From an uncultured Candidatus Saccharibacteria bacterium (lineage in GTDB: Bacteria > Patescibacteriota > UBA1384 > XYA2-FULL-43-10 > CAINNR01): a DNA stretch of 64,000 nucleotides. Made by a program: the position numbers and the translations under genes. Shown here one piece after another: positions 1 to 7,131 of the stretch; position 1 is the first letter of the stretch, and every line of letters begins with the position of its first letter. The stretch spans positions 400-64,399 of the forward strand of contig CAZVFH010000001.1 in the NCBI GenBank assembly GCA_964626415.1. The letters are read 5' to 3'. Below the pieces are notes generated by a model. That model had not been told where the DNA came from. It saw only the letters and a program-made list of their open reading frames with translations, and made no database searches.

Positions 1-103
1 GGTCGCCGGACTTGCCAGAACTTATTATGACAAGAAAAACCTAGATAAAATTGAAAAATATTACAAAAAGTTAAAAAAGAAGTTAATAGTTGTCATAGAA
101 TAA
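1..103 (+). CDS. 3' end of an unidentified CDS (partial, runs off the window)
   Basis: Frame 2 is open from the window edge (..GLARTYYDKKNLDKIEKYYKKLKKKLIVVIE*) and ends at TAA 101-103. No recognisable domain. Confidence 0.3.
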   Translation, partial: VAGLARTYYDKKNLDKIEKYYKKLKKKLIVVIE

Positions 104-126
104 AAAAACCTCGATTTCTCGAGGTC
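104..126. terminator. Hairpin ACCTCGA-TTTC-TCGAGGT with an A7 run on its 5' side (stem + T7 when read on the minus strand)
   Basis: Perfect 7-bp stem seen directly. The T-run is only on the minus-strand reading, so it best fits termination of a leftward transcript. It may also stop the upstream + CDS. Confidence 0.4.
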
Positions 127-315
127 AGACAACTTGGTAGTTCGTCTTTCAACAAACTTTCCCACTGGGATTTGTTCCAATTGCCTTGTTATTATTCTTA
201 TCTTATCAAACCCTGCCAAATCTTGTCAATACCCCGATTATTTCATTTCTCTACTGCGCAGCCCGCCTGCCCTGTCTGCCGACAGGCATGTGGCAGGCAG
301 GTATAGAAGTGACAG

Positions 316-404
316 GTGAATCGGCAGTGAATCGGTATATTTTTCACTCGTAAAGTGCTATGATAAAGTCAATGAAAGTGTAAATTCAACAGGGAATAAA
401 TATG
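316..404 (+). promoter_or_regulatory. Repeated promoter/leader module, copy A (upstream of rhuM-like gene)
   Basis: GTGAATCGG..TATATTTTT..AAAGTGCTATGATAAAGTCAATGAAAGTGTAAATTC..GGGAATAAATATG. Contains an extended -10 TGcTATGAT (356-364). A near-identical module recurs at 1790-1907. Confidence 0.45.
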
Positions 405-1427
405 GCTAAAAAAAATAATTTACCTGAGAAAAATCAATTCCTTCTTTACACCACTCCATCCGGCGATGTAAAAATCGGCGTTCTTTATAGAGACGAAACC
501 ATTTGGCTTACTCAGAAAAAAATGGCTGAACTTTTTGGTTGCACGATAGAAAATATTATTCTTCATTTGAAAAATATTTTTAACGAAAATGAATTACTAG
601 AGGCATCAACCACTAAGGATTTCTTAGTAGTTCAAAAAGAAGGAACCAGACAGATAAACCGCACAATTAAGATGTACAATCTCGACGCCATCGTTTCAGT
701 GGGCTACAGAGTTAACTCCGAAAAGGCGACTCATTTCCGAATTTGGGCGACAAAAACTTTACGGGATTTTATCATTAAAGGTTTTATTCTTGATGATGAC
801 CGTCTCAAAAACGGTAGCCATTTTGGCAAAGACTATTTTCGAGAGTTGCTGGAAAGAGTTCACTCGATTAGAGCGAGTGAAAGACGAATTTATCAGCAGA
901 TTACAGATATTTTTGCCGAGTGCAGCATTGATTACAATCCAAGATCCGAAATTACCAAGAATTTTTATGCAATGGTGCAAAATAAATTTCACTATGCCAT
1001 TACCGGACAAACAGCTGCAGAAATAATTTATACCAAGGTCGATAAAAACAAGCCGTTTATAGGGCTCTCGACATGGAAAAATTCACCTAAGGGAAGAATA
1101 TTAAAATCGGACGCACTTGTAGCTAAAAATTATCTTCCGGAAAATAAAATCAAAAAATTAGAAAGAACCGTTTCTGCCTTTTTCGATTACATCGAAAATA
1201 TTATTGAGAACAATCATCTGATGAAAATGGAAGACCTTGCGAAAAGTGTGGATAAATTTCTAAATTTCAACGAATACAAGATTTTAGAAGGCAAAGGGAA
1301 AATATCCCATGAAAAAGCCGAGAAAAAAGCTATCGTTGAATATGACAACTTTAATAAAACCCAAAAAATAGAATCCGATTTTGATCGAGAAATTGTCAGT
1401 AAAATTAAAAAATTAGGAAATAAATAA
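402..1427 (+). CDS. RhuM-family virulence/defence-island protein
   Basis: 341 aa. Has the YNLDAIVSVGYRVNSEKATHFRIWATKTLRDFIIKGF block characteristic of RhuM-family proteins. Confidence 0.75.
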   Translation: MAKKNNLPEKNQFLLYTTPSGDVKIGVLYRDETIWLTQKKMAELFGCTIENIILHLKNIFNENELLEASTTKDFLVVQKEGTRQINRTIKMYNLDAIVSVGYRVNSEKATHFRIWATKTLRDFIIKGFILDDDRLKNGSHFGKDYFRELLERVHSIRASERRIYQQITDIFAECSIDYNPRSEITKNFYAMVQNKFHYAITGQTAAEIIYTKVDKNKPFIGLSTWKNSPKGRILKSDALVAKNYLPENKIKKLERTVSAFFDYIENIIENNHLMKMEDLAKSVDKFLNFNEYKILEGKGKISHEKAEKKAIVEYDNFNKTQKIESDFDREIVSKIKKLGNK

Positions 1428-1435
1428 TTAACTCA

Positions 1436-1465
1436 CCACTTCCATACTTCGAAGTATAGTAGTGG
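1436..1465. repeat. 30-nt imperfect palindrome CCACTTCCATACTTC/GAAGTATAGTAGTGG, directly upstream of the SD of the yerC-like gene
   Basis: Self-complementary with 2 mismatches. AAGGAG SD at 1467-1472 and ATG at 1478. Confidence 0.8.
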
Positions 1466-1477
1466 TAAAGGAGCCAA

Positions 1478-1756
1478 ATGCCAAAAAAGGGAATTGATTT
1501 TGAAGCAAAGAAGTTGTTGATAGAATCTTTAGAAGAACTCAAAAGCGATGAGTTTATTGACTTCATGGAGTCGCTTTTATCGTCAACGGAAATCAAAAAT
1601 ATTTCTCGCCGCATTATGGCGGCAAAATTGCTGCTAGAGAACAACACATACAAAGATGTCGAAGAACTAATGGGAATGTCCCCTGGAACTATCAATAAAA
1701 TTCATTTCAAAACAAAAGGAAGTCCAGCTTTTCGCAAATTATTCAAAAAGGATTAA
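1478..1756 (+). CDS. TrpR-related YerC/YecD-family DNA-binding protein, paralogue 1
   Basis: 92 aa. ..TEIKNISRRIMAAKLLLENNTYKDVEELMGMSPGTINKIHFKTKG.. has the HTH layout of YerC/YecD. Strong SD. Paralogue at 12995. Confidence 0.65.
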   Translation: MPKKGIDFEAKKLLIESLEELKSDEFIDFMESLLSSTEIKNISRRIMAAKLLLENNTYKDVEELMGMSPGTINKIHFKTKGSPAFRKLFKKD

Positions 1757-1761
1757 GTTGT

Positions 1762-1789
1762 CACTTCTATACTTCGAAGTATAGAAGTG
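1762..1789. repeat. 28-nt perfect palindrome CACTTCTATACTTCGAAGTATAGAAGTG, directly downstream of yerC-like gene 1
   Basis: Perfect self-complementarity read directly from the sequence. Confidence 0.9.
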
Positions 1790-1907
1790 GCAAGTGAATC
1801 GGTATTTTGAATAGTTTTCAGATACTTTACCGTTTCGGTATATTTTTAAGGTAAAAAGTGCTATAATGAAGTCAATGAAATTGTAAATTCTCGGGGAAAT
1901 AAATATG
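1790..1907 (+). promoter_or_regulatory. Repeated promoter/leader module, copy B (upstream of radC)
   Basis: Same blocks as 316-404, with extended -10 TGcTATAAT (-10 hexamer 1862-1867). Ends in GGGGAAATAAATATG at 1905. Confidence 0.45.
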
Positions 1908-1938
1908 TCGAACGAGCAAAAAAAAATAACGGAAACAA

Positions 1939-2613
1939 ATGATGAAAATAAAAGACACAGCAAAAGTCGATCGACCGCGGGAAAAATTAGCCAGATATGG
2001 CTCGGAGTTTTTGAAGGATCAGGAACTTTTGGCAATTTTGCTCGGTAGCGGCATCGCCGGTAAAAATGTAATAGAAGTTGCAAAGCAAATCCTCTCTAAA
2101 TTCTCAAAAAAGAAATTACTTGGTCTTTCATTTAACCAATTAAAACAGATAAAAGGCGTCGGTCCAGCCAAAGCTTGCCAAATTTTGGCCGCTTTTGAAC
2201 TTTCCAAAAGGGTGTTAAAAGTTGACGACTCAAACACTTTGACGACTATTCAGACACCAAAAGATATTATTGCTCAAGTTTCGTATCTTAAAAATCACAA
2301 GAAAGAAAATTTTGTTGTCTTATATTTGAATACTCGTAATCAACTAATCAACAAAGAGACAATCTCCATCGGTTCTCTTAATGCAAATATTGTTCACCCG
2401 CGCGAGGTTTTTGAGCCGGCGATAAGTGGATTTGCTTCCAGTGTCGCTTTTGTACATAATCATCCCTCCGGCGATCCGGAGCCGTCTGAAGACGATAAAA
2501 AAATCACCAAACAACTCGTCGAAGCTGGCAAAATTTTAGGCATTGAGGTTTTGGACCACATCATCATCGGACAAGAAAGCTTTGTCAGTTTTAAAGATAA
2601 AGATCTGATTTGA
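1939..2613 (+). CDS. radC: RadC-family JAB/MPN domain protein
   Basis: 224 aa. Has DRPREKLARYGSEFLKDQELLAILLGSG, HhH-like GVGPAKACQILAAFEL and JAB motif HNHPSGDPEPSEDD. Confidence 0.9.
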   Translation: MMKIKDTAKVDRPREKLARYGSEFLKDQELLAILLGSGIAGKNVIEVAKQILSKFSKKKLLGLSFNQLKQIKGVGPAKACQILAAFELSKRVLKVDDSNTLTTIQTPKDIIAQVSYLKNHKKENFVVLYLNTRNQLINKETISIGSLNANIVHPREVFEPAISGFASSVAFVHNHPSGDPEPSEDDKKITKQLVEAGKILGIEVLDHIIIGQESFVSFKDKDLI

Positions 2614-2682
2614 CACTTGTAATGATGTACGCTACTATGGACATATAAAGACTTGCCCCCGATCGCAAGTCGAAGGAGAAAA

Positions 2683-3015
2683 ATGGCTAAAAAAACAATG
2701 ACAATTACCGAAGGTAGAAAAGAACTTTTCAAGATCGCCAAAGAGGTTCAAAAACCAGATACTCAATATGTATTCACCATCGAAGGAAAACCCGGAGTGG
2801 TTTTAATGTCGGCAAATGAATACGATTCCTTAATGGAAACAATGGAGATATTGAGCGATCCAAAAATTATGGAAGATATTAGGAAGGCCGAGGAAGAATA
2901 CGAACGCGGCGAGTATTGTAGCTGGGAAGAGGTTAAAAAGGAACTTGGGTATCGTGAAAAAGAAAGTTTTGTAATAGCCGATAAACCAAACAAGAAATAT
3001 CGGGCTAAGTCATAA
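2683..3015 (+). CDS. Phd/YefM-family type II antitoxin
   Basis: AAGGAG SD at 2673-2678 and ATG at 2683. ..FTIEGKPGVVLMSANEYDSLMETMEILSDP.. is typical of Phd/YefM. Sits 9 nt upstream of the toxin gene. Confidence 0.8.
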   Translation: MAKKTMTITEGRKELFKIAKEVQKPDTQYVFTIEGKPGVVLMSANEYDSLMETMEILSDPKIMEDIRKAEEEYERGEYCSWEEVKKELGYREKESFVIADKPNKKYRAKS

Positions 3016-3024
3016 TAAAGTGAA

Positions 3025-3288
3025 ATGCCAGAAATTTTTGAAGTTGAAACACCCAAATCGATACTAAAGTCGTTAAAAAAAATCCCTCTGCCTTGGCGAG
3101 AAAGAATTCTTGATGCGATGTCAATTTTAGCCAGAAATCCATTTTTAGGCGAAAAAATGAGCGGTGAGCTTCAAGATAAAAGGAAAATTAGGGTTTGGCC
3201 ATACCGGATTATTTATAAAATCAATATAAAACGAAAACATATTATTATTACCGATGTCGGCCATCGCGGAAACATCGGTTATAAATAA
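3025..3288 (+). CDS. RelE/ParE-family type II toxin
   Basis: 87 aa. ..KIRVWPYRIIYKINIKRKHIIITDVGHRGNIY.. is the RelE/ParE C-terminal pattern. Paired with the upstream antitoxin. Confidence 0.75.
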   Translation: MPEIFEVETPKSILKSLKKIPLPWRERILDAMSILARNPFLGEKMSGELQDKRKIRVWPYRIIYKINIKRKHIIITDVGHRGNIGYK

Positions 3289-3349
3289 CACCGCAGCTTA
3301 TCCTGAGCCGTATCGAAGAGCGGGATGTATAAGAAATAAAGGAAATAAT

Positions 3350-3694
3350 ATGAGTATCTTCGATGATTTAAAGTCAATCGCAAAAGTTTTGCAAGAAGCC
3401 GGAAAAATTGAACAGTATAAACAGATTCTGGATGCCCAGAGAGATCTTTTAGAAATGCAAAAGAAAATTAGCGACTTAGAAAAAGAGAATAAGCAACTGA
3501 AAGAAAAACTACAGATTAAAGCCAAAATAATAAAAGATAAGTTTGTATATTATTTAGAGAACGACATTAATAAGGAAAATCCTTTTTGCTCTCGATGTTG
3601 GGAAAAAGATAAAGAATTAATAACATTACAAAAAAATCGTGTTGGTCCTTGGGATTATCTATGTCCAGAGTGTGAAAATAGAGTTGAAATATGA
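3350..3694 (+). CDS. Hypothetical coiled-coil protein with C-terminal 4-Cys zinc ribbon; first gene of the Mod-OLD-Res operon
   Basis: 114 aa from ATG 3350. Has a heptad-rich N-terminus (..LEMQKKISDLEKENKQLKEKLQIK..) and CSRC..x21..CPEC. Its stop overlaps the mod start (ATGA at 3691-3694). Confidence 0.55.
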   Translation: MSIFDDLKSIAKVLQEAGKIEQYKQILDAQRDLLEMQKKISDLEKENKQLKEKLQIKAKIIKDKFVYYLENDINKENPFCSRCWEKDKELITLQKNRVGPWDYLCPECENRVEI

Positions 3695-5448
3695 AAAAAA
3701 ATAATTACCAAAATTGGTCCAAGGAAGATTTAGTTAAAGAAGTCGAAACTCTTAAAAAACGAAAGAAGTATGGTTTGGTGTGGGAGGAAAAGAAAGAAGA
3801 TGTTGTCGAGCAATGCAAAAAAGAATTGCCGGTTTTGAAAGAAGTTAAAGAAAAAGAAATTATTACCGACAAAGATAAGCCGGTAAATTTACTGATCGAG
3901 GGCGATAATTATCATGCCCTTTCAGTTTTAAATTATACGCACAAGGGGAGGGTCGATTTTATCTATCTCGATCCGCCGTATAATACGGGCGCAAGAGACT
4001 GGAAATACGATAATAATTATGTAGATAGCGAAGATGGATTCAGACATAGCAAATGGCTATCGTTTATTGCGAAAAGGCTGAGTTTAGCAAAAAGTTTATT
4101 AAAACCAGATGGAATAATCACCATAACTATTGATGATTATGAGATTGGTCCTCTTCGCTTACTTATGGACGAAATTTATGGTGAAGAAAATAGACTTGGT
4201 CTGATTACTATTGTTCACAACCCGCGAGGTAGAAGTGACGATCTTTATTTTGCAACTTCTCACGAATACGCATTAGTTTATGGTAGAAATTTTAGCAAAA
4301 CATCTACTTATAAATTGAAATTAACGGAAGAACAAGCAGAAAATTTTTTATTAGAAGACGATAAATCTCGTTATAGACTTTTACCCCTTAAACGTACGGG
4401 TTCTAATTCAACACCAAAAGAAAGGCCAAATTTATATTTTTCAATTTATTACAGTTCAAAAAATAACGATATTAGTTTAGATAAAAAAGAGGGTTATGCA
4501 GAGATTGTTCCCTTGGATACTGCTGGTAACAAGAGAGTTTGGAGATGGGGGAAGAAAGCCATTTTGGAAAGAAAAGATTCTGAAATAGTTGTTCGAAAAG
4601 GAAAAGATGGTTTTTATTCTGTTTTTGCAAAAGACAGGATCAAAGAAGGTCGGAAACCAAAAACGGTTTGGGTAGATCCTAAATATGATGCTTCTTCTCA
4701 CGGAACAATGCTAATACAAAAGATATTAGGAGAAAGAAAAATATTTGATTATCCGAAATCAATTTATGCAGTAAAAGATTTATTAGAAGTCGGTTTAAAA
4801 GAAAAAAAACAAGCACTGGTATTAGATTTTTTTGCTGGGTCTGGCACTACTGGCCATGCTATTTTAGAATTAAACAAAGAAGATAGTGGAAATAGAAAAT
4901 TTATATTGTGTACAAATAATGAGTTGAATGGCTTAGAGAAAGAATTACGGAAAAAAAGATTGAGTGAAAATGAGATTAAAAAGTATGGAATTTGTCAAAA
5001 AGTTACCTATCCAAGGTTGGAAAAAGTTATTGTAGGATATAAAAAAAATGGTAATGGTGAAAAGGTTGAAGGTTTGGGTGGAAATTTGAAATATTTTAAA
5101 ACTGAATTTATTGATTTCGATCAACCGACAGATAAGAATAAAATGAAACTAACTAGAGGGGTAGTCGAGATGCTTTGTATAAAACAAGGAACTTTTGAAA
5201 AAGTTTCAGACCAAAAAGATTTTAAGATTTTCAAAGATACCACTCACTACACTGGCATTATTTTTAACCAATTAGCCATTTCAGAATTTAAAAAAGCAAT
5301 TCAAGGAATCAAAGGAAAATTTAGTATTTATATTTTTTCTTTAAGTGATGAAACTTTTGACGAAGAATTCGCAGATGTAAAGCAAAAAGTAAAATTATCC
5401 CCCATCCCCGAAGCAATTTTGAGGATATACAGGAGAATTTTTAAATAG
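3691..5448 (+). CDS. mod: Type III restriction-modification DNA methyltransferase (Mod), N6-A/N4-C class
   Basis: 585 aa. LIEGDNYHALSVL and IYLDPPYNTG (motif IV) precede FFAGSGTTGHA (motif I). This is the beta-class order seen in Type III Mod. Confidence 0.85.
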   Translation: MKKNNYQNWSKEDLVKEVETLKKRKKYGLVWEEKKEDVVEQCKKELPVLKEVKEKEIITDKDKPVNLLIEGDNYHALSVLNYTHKGRVDFIYLDPPYNTGARDWKYDNNYVDSEDGFRHSKWLSFIAKRLSLAKSLLKPDGIITITIDDYEIGPLRLLMDEIYGEENRLGLITIVHNPRGRSDDLYFATSHEYALVYGRNFSKTSTYKLKLTEEQAENFLLEDDKSRYRLLPLKRTGSNSTPKERPNLYFSIYYSSKNNDISLDKKEGYAEIVPLDTAGNKRVWRWGKKAILERKDSEIVVRKGKDGFYSVFAKDRIKEGRKPKTVWVDPKYDASSHGTMLIQKILGERKIFDYPKSIYAVKDLLEVGLKEKKQALVLDFFAGSGTTGHAILELNKEDSGNRKFILCTNNELNGLEKELRKKRLSENEIKKYGICQKVTYPRLEKVIVGYKKNGNGEKVEGLGGNLKYFKTEFIDFDQPTDKNKMKLTRGVVEMLCIKQGTFEKVSDQKDFKIFKDTTHYTGIIFNQLAISEFKKAIQGIKGKFSIYIFSLSDETFDEEFADVKQKVKLSPIPEAILRIYRRIFK

Positions 5449-5452
5449 GATT

Positions 5453-7129
5453 ATGAAAATTAAAACACTTACAATTCACAATTTTCGCAGCGTTAAAGAG
5501 CGATCTTTTGATTTGATAGATTACTCATTATTAGTTGGTGCCAATGATTCTGGAAAATCAAATATTATAGACGCTATAAGAATTTTTTATGATGATTTAA
5601 AATTCAGCGATGAAAAAGATTGGCCTAAATTTACTACTGATGATAATGAAGGTTGGATTGAAGCTAAATTTTTGCTCTCCGATGAAGAATTTAATAATTT
5701 GAAAGATGAATATAAACAAGAAGATGGTGGAAAGAAATTTTTTATTGTTAGAAAATATTTAAAGCACCCAACTAAGATACAAAGCGGATCAAGTAATGTT
5801 TACGGCTATGAGCAAGGCAAACTTTCAGATAATTTCTTTTATGGGTGGAAAAATGTAGCCAAAGGTAAACTTGGCGATATCTTATATATACCGGCAGTAA
5901 GTCAGGTAACTGATTATACGAAACTTAGTGGACCCTCCTATTTAAGAAATATTTTAGATTTTATTTGTAAGAAAATTATTAGCAGCAGTGACTCTTTTAG
6001 TAATTTGAATAAAACATTTGATGAATTTACTAAAAAATTTAAACAAGAGGAAACAAAGGAAGGATTATCTCTGGAGGGATTTGAACAAGATATAAATAAT
6101 GATATTTCAGACAGAAAAGTAAAAATAAATTTAGGCATACGACCTCTCGATGTGGCAGACATCACTAAAAATCTGATAGAACCATATATTAAAGATGAGA
6201 TTTTGGGCGACCATAAGTTACCAATAGAATCTTTTGGAGAAGGATTGCAAAGACGGTTGGTATATACATTGATAAAGTTATCTACAAAATATAAAGAAAA
6301 GAAAAGTGTAAAAGATAAAAAAGAATTTTTCTCTGACTTTTTGTTAATTTTGTTTGAAGAACCAGAGGCATTTTTACATTCTTCTCAGCAAGAAATTTTA
6401 AATCAGAGCTTGGGGGATCTTTCAAATGAAGAAAGTCAACAAGTCTTAATTTCTACTCATTCCGTTCATTTTGTAAGTAGGAATATTGATAACTTACCTT
6501 CAATTTTAAAACTCTATAAACAAAACGGCAAAACCATGATTTTTCAAATAACATATTCGGAACTGAAAAATATTTTAATATCCAATAAAGATTTAAAAAG
6601 GATCTTAGGAGACAAAATTGAAGACAAAGATTTGGATTTAGAGGCAATAAGGTATTCTTTATGGTTGGATCCTGATAGGTGCTGTGCATTTTTTGCTGAC
6701 TTTGTTTTAATTTGTGAAGGAGCCTCTGAAAAAATTCTCATAGAGTATCTAGTAAAAAATGAAGACATTGAATTATTAAATAAGGAAATTTACATTTTAA
6801 ACGCGATGGGCAAAGAAAATATCCATCGCTACATGAATTTGTTTAAAGAATTGGGAATAAAGCATGCTGTTTTATTTGACGGAGATCAGGATAAGGATAA
6901 TCAAGGTCGTCATCAAAAAATAAATGAATTTCTGCAGAATAATAAAAATGAATATACAACCAAAATTGATTATTTTGAAAACAATTTAGAGATATCTTTG
7001 GACATTCCCGAAGAAAATAGACCGGATAAAAAACCTCTTAATGTCATGTGGTATTATAAGAACAATAAGATTCAGGATAATAAACTCAATGATTTTAAAA
7101 ACAAAATAAAAAATTTATTGCCAAATTAA
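5453..7129 (+). CDS. OLD-family nuclease (ABC-type ATPase + C-terminal Toprim)
   Basis: 558 aa. Walker A GANDSGKSN, signature-like FGEGLQRR, Walker B LILFEEPEAFLH, H-loop STHS. Toprim glutamate VLICEGASEK and DxD in VLFDGDQDKD. Confidence 0.8.
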   Translation: MKIKTLTIHNFRSVKERSFDLIDYSLLVGANDSGKSNIIDAIRIFYDDLKFSDEKDWPKFTTDDNEGWIEAKFLLSDEEFNNLKDEYKQEDGGKKFFIVRKYLKHPTKIQSGSSNVYGYEQGKLSDNFFYGWKNVAKGKLGDILYIPAVSQVTDYTKLSGPSYLRNILDFICKKIISSSDSFSNLNKTFDEFTKKFKQEETKEGLSLEGFEQDINNDISDRKVKINLGIRPLDVADITKNLIEPYIKDEILGDHKLPIESFGEGLQRRLVYTLIKLSTKYKEKKSVKDKKEFFSDFLLILFEEPEAFLHSSQQEILNQSLGDLSNEESQQVLISTHSVHFVSRNIDNLPSILKLYKQNGKTMIFQITYSELKNILISNKDLKRILGDKIEDKDLDLEAIRYSLWLDPDRCCAFFADFVLICEGASEKILIEYLVKNEDIELLNKEIYILNAMGKENIHRYMNLFKELGIKHAVLFDGDQDKDNQGRHQKINEFLQNNKNEYTTKIDYFENNLEISLDIPEENRPDKKPLNVMWYYKNNKIQDNKLNDFKNKIKNLLPN

Positions 7130-7131
7130 TT

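Noticed and set aside
134-319. 61-aa + strand ORF from the track
   Set aside because: It overlaps GC-rich palindromes and a minus-strand promoter-like region. It has no SD, a Cys/Arg-rich odd composition and an alternative start codon. Most likely non-coding.
1905-2051. ATG 1905 (end of the repeated leader) as the true radC start
   Set aside because: It is in a different frame from the RadC-like sequence, and the RadC frame has a TAA at 1927-1929. It is kept only as a possible uORF.
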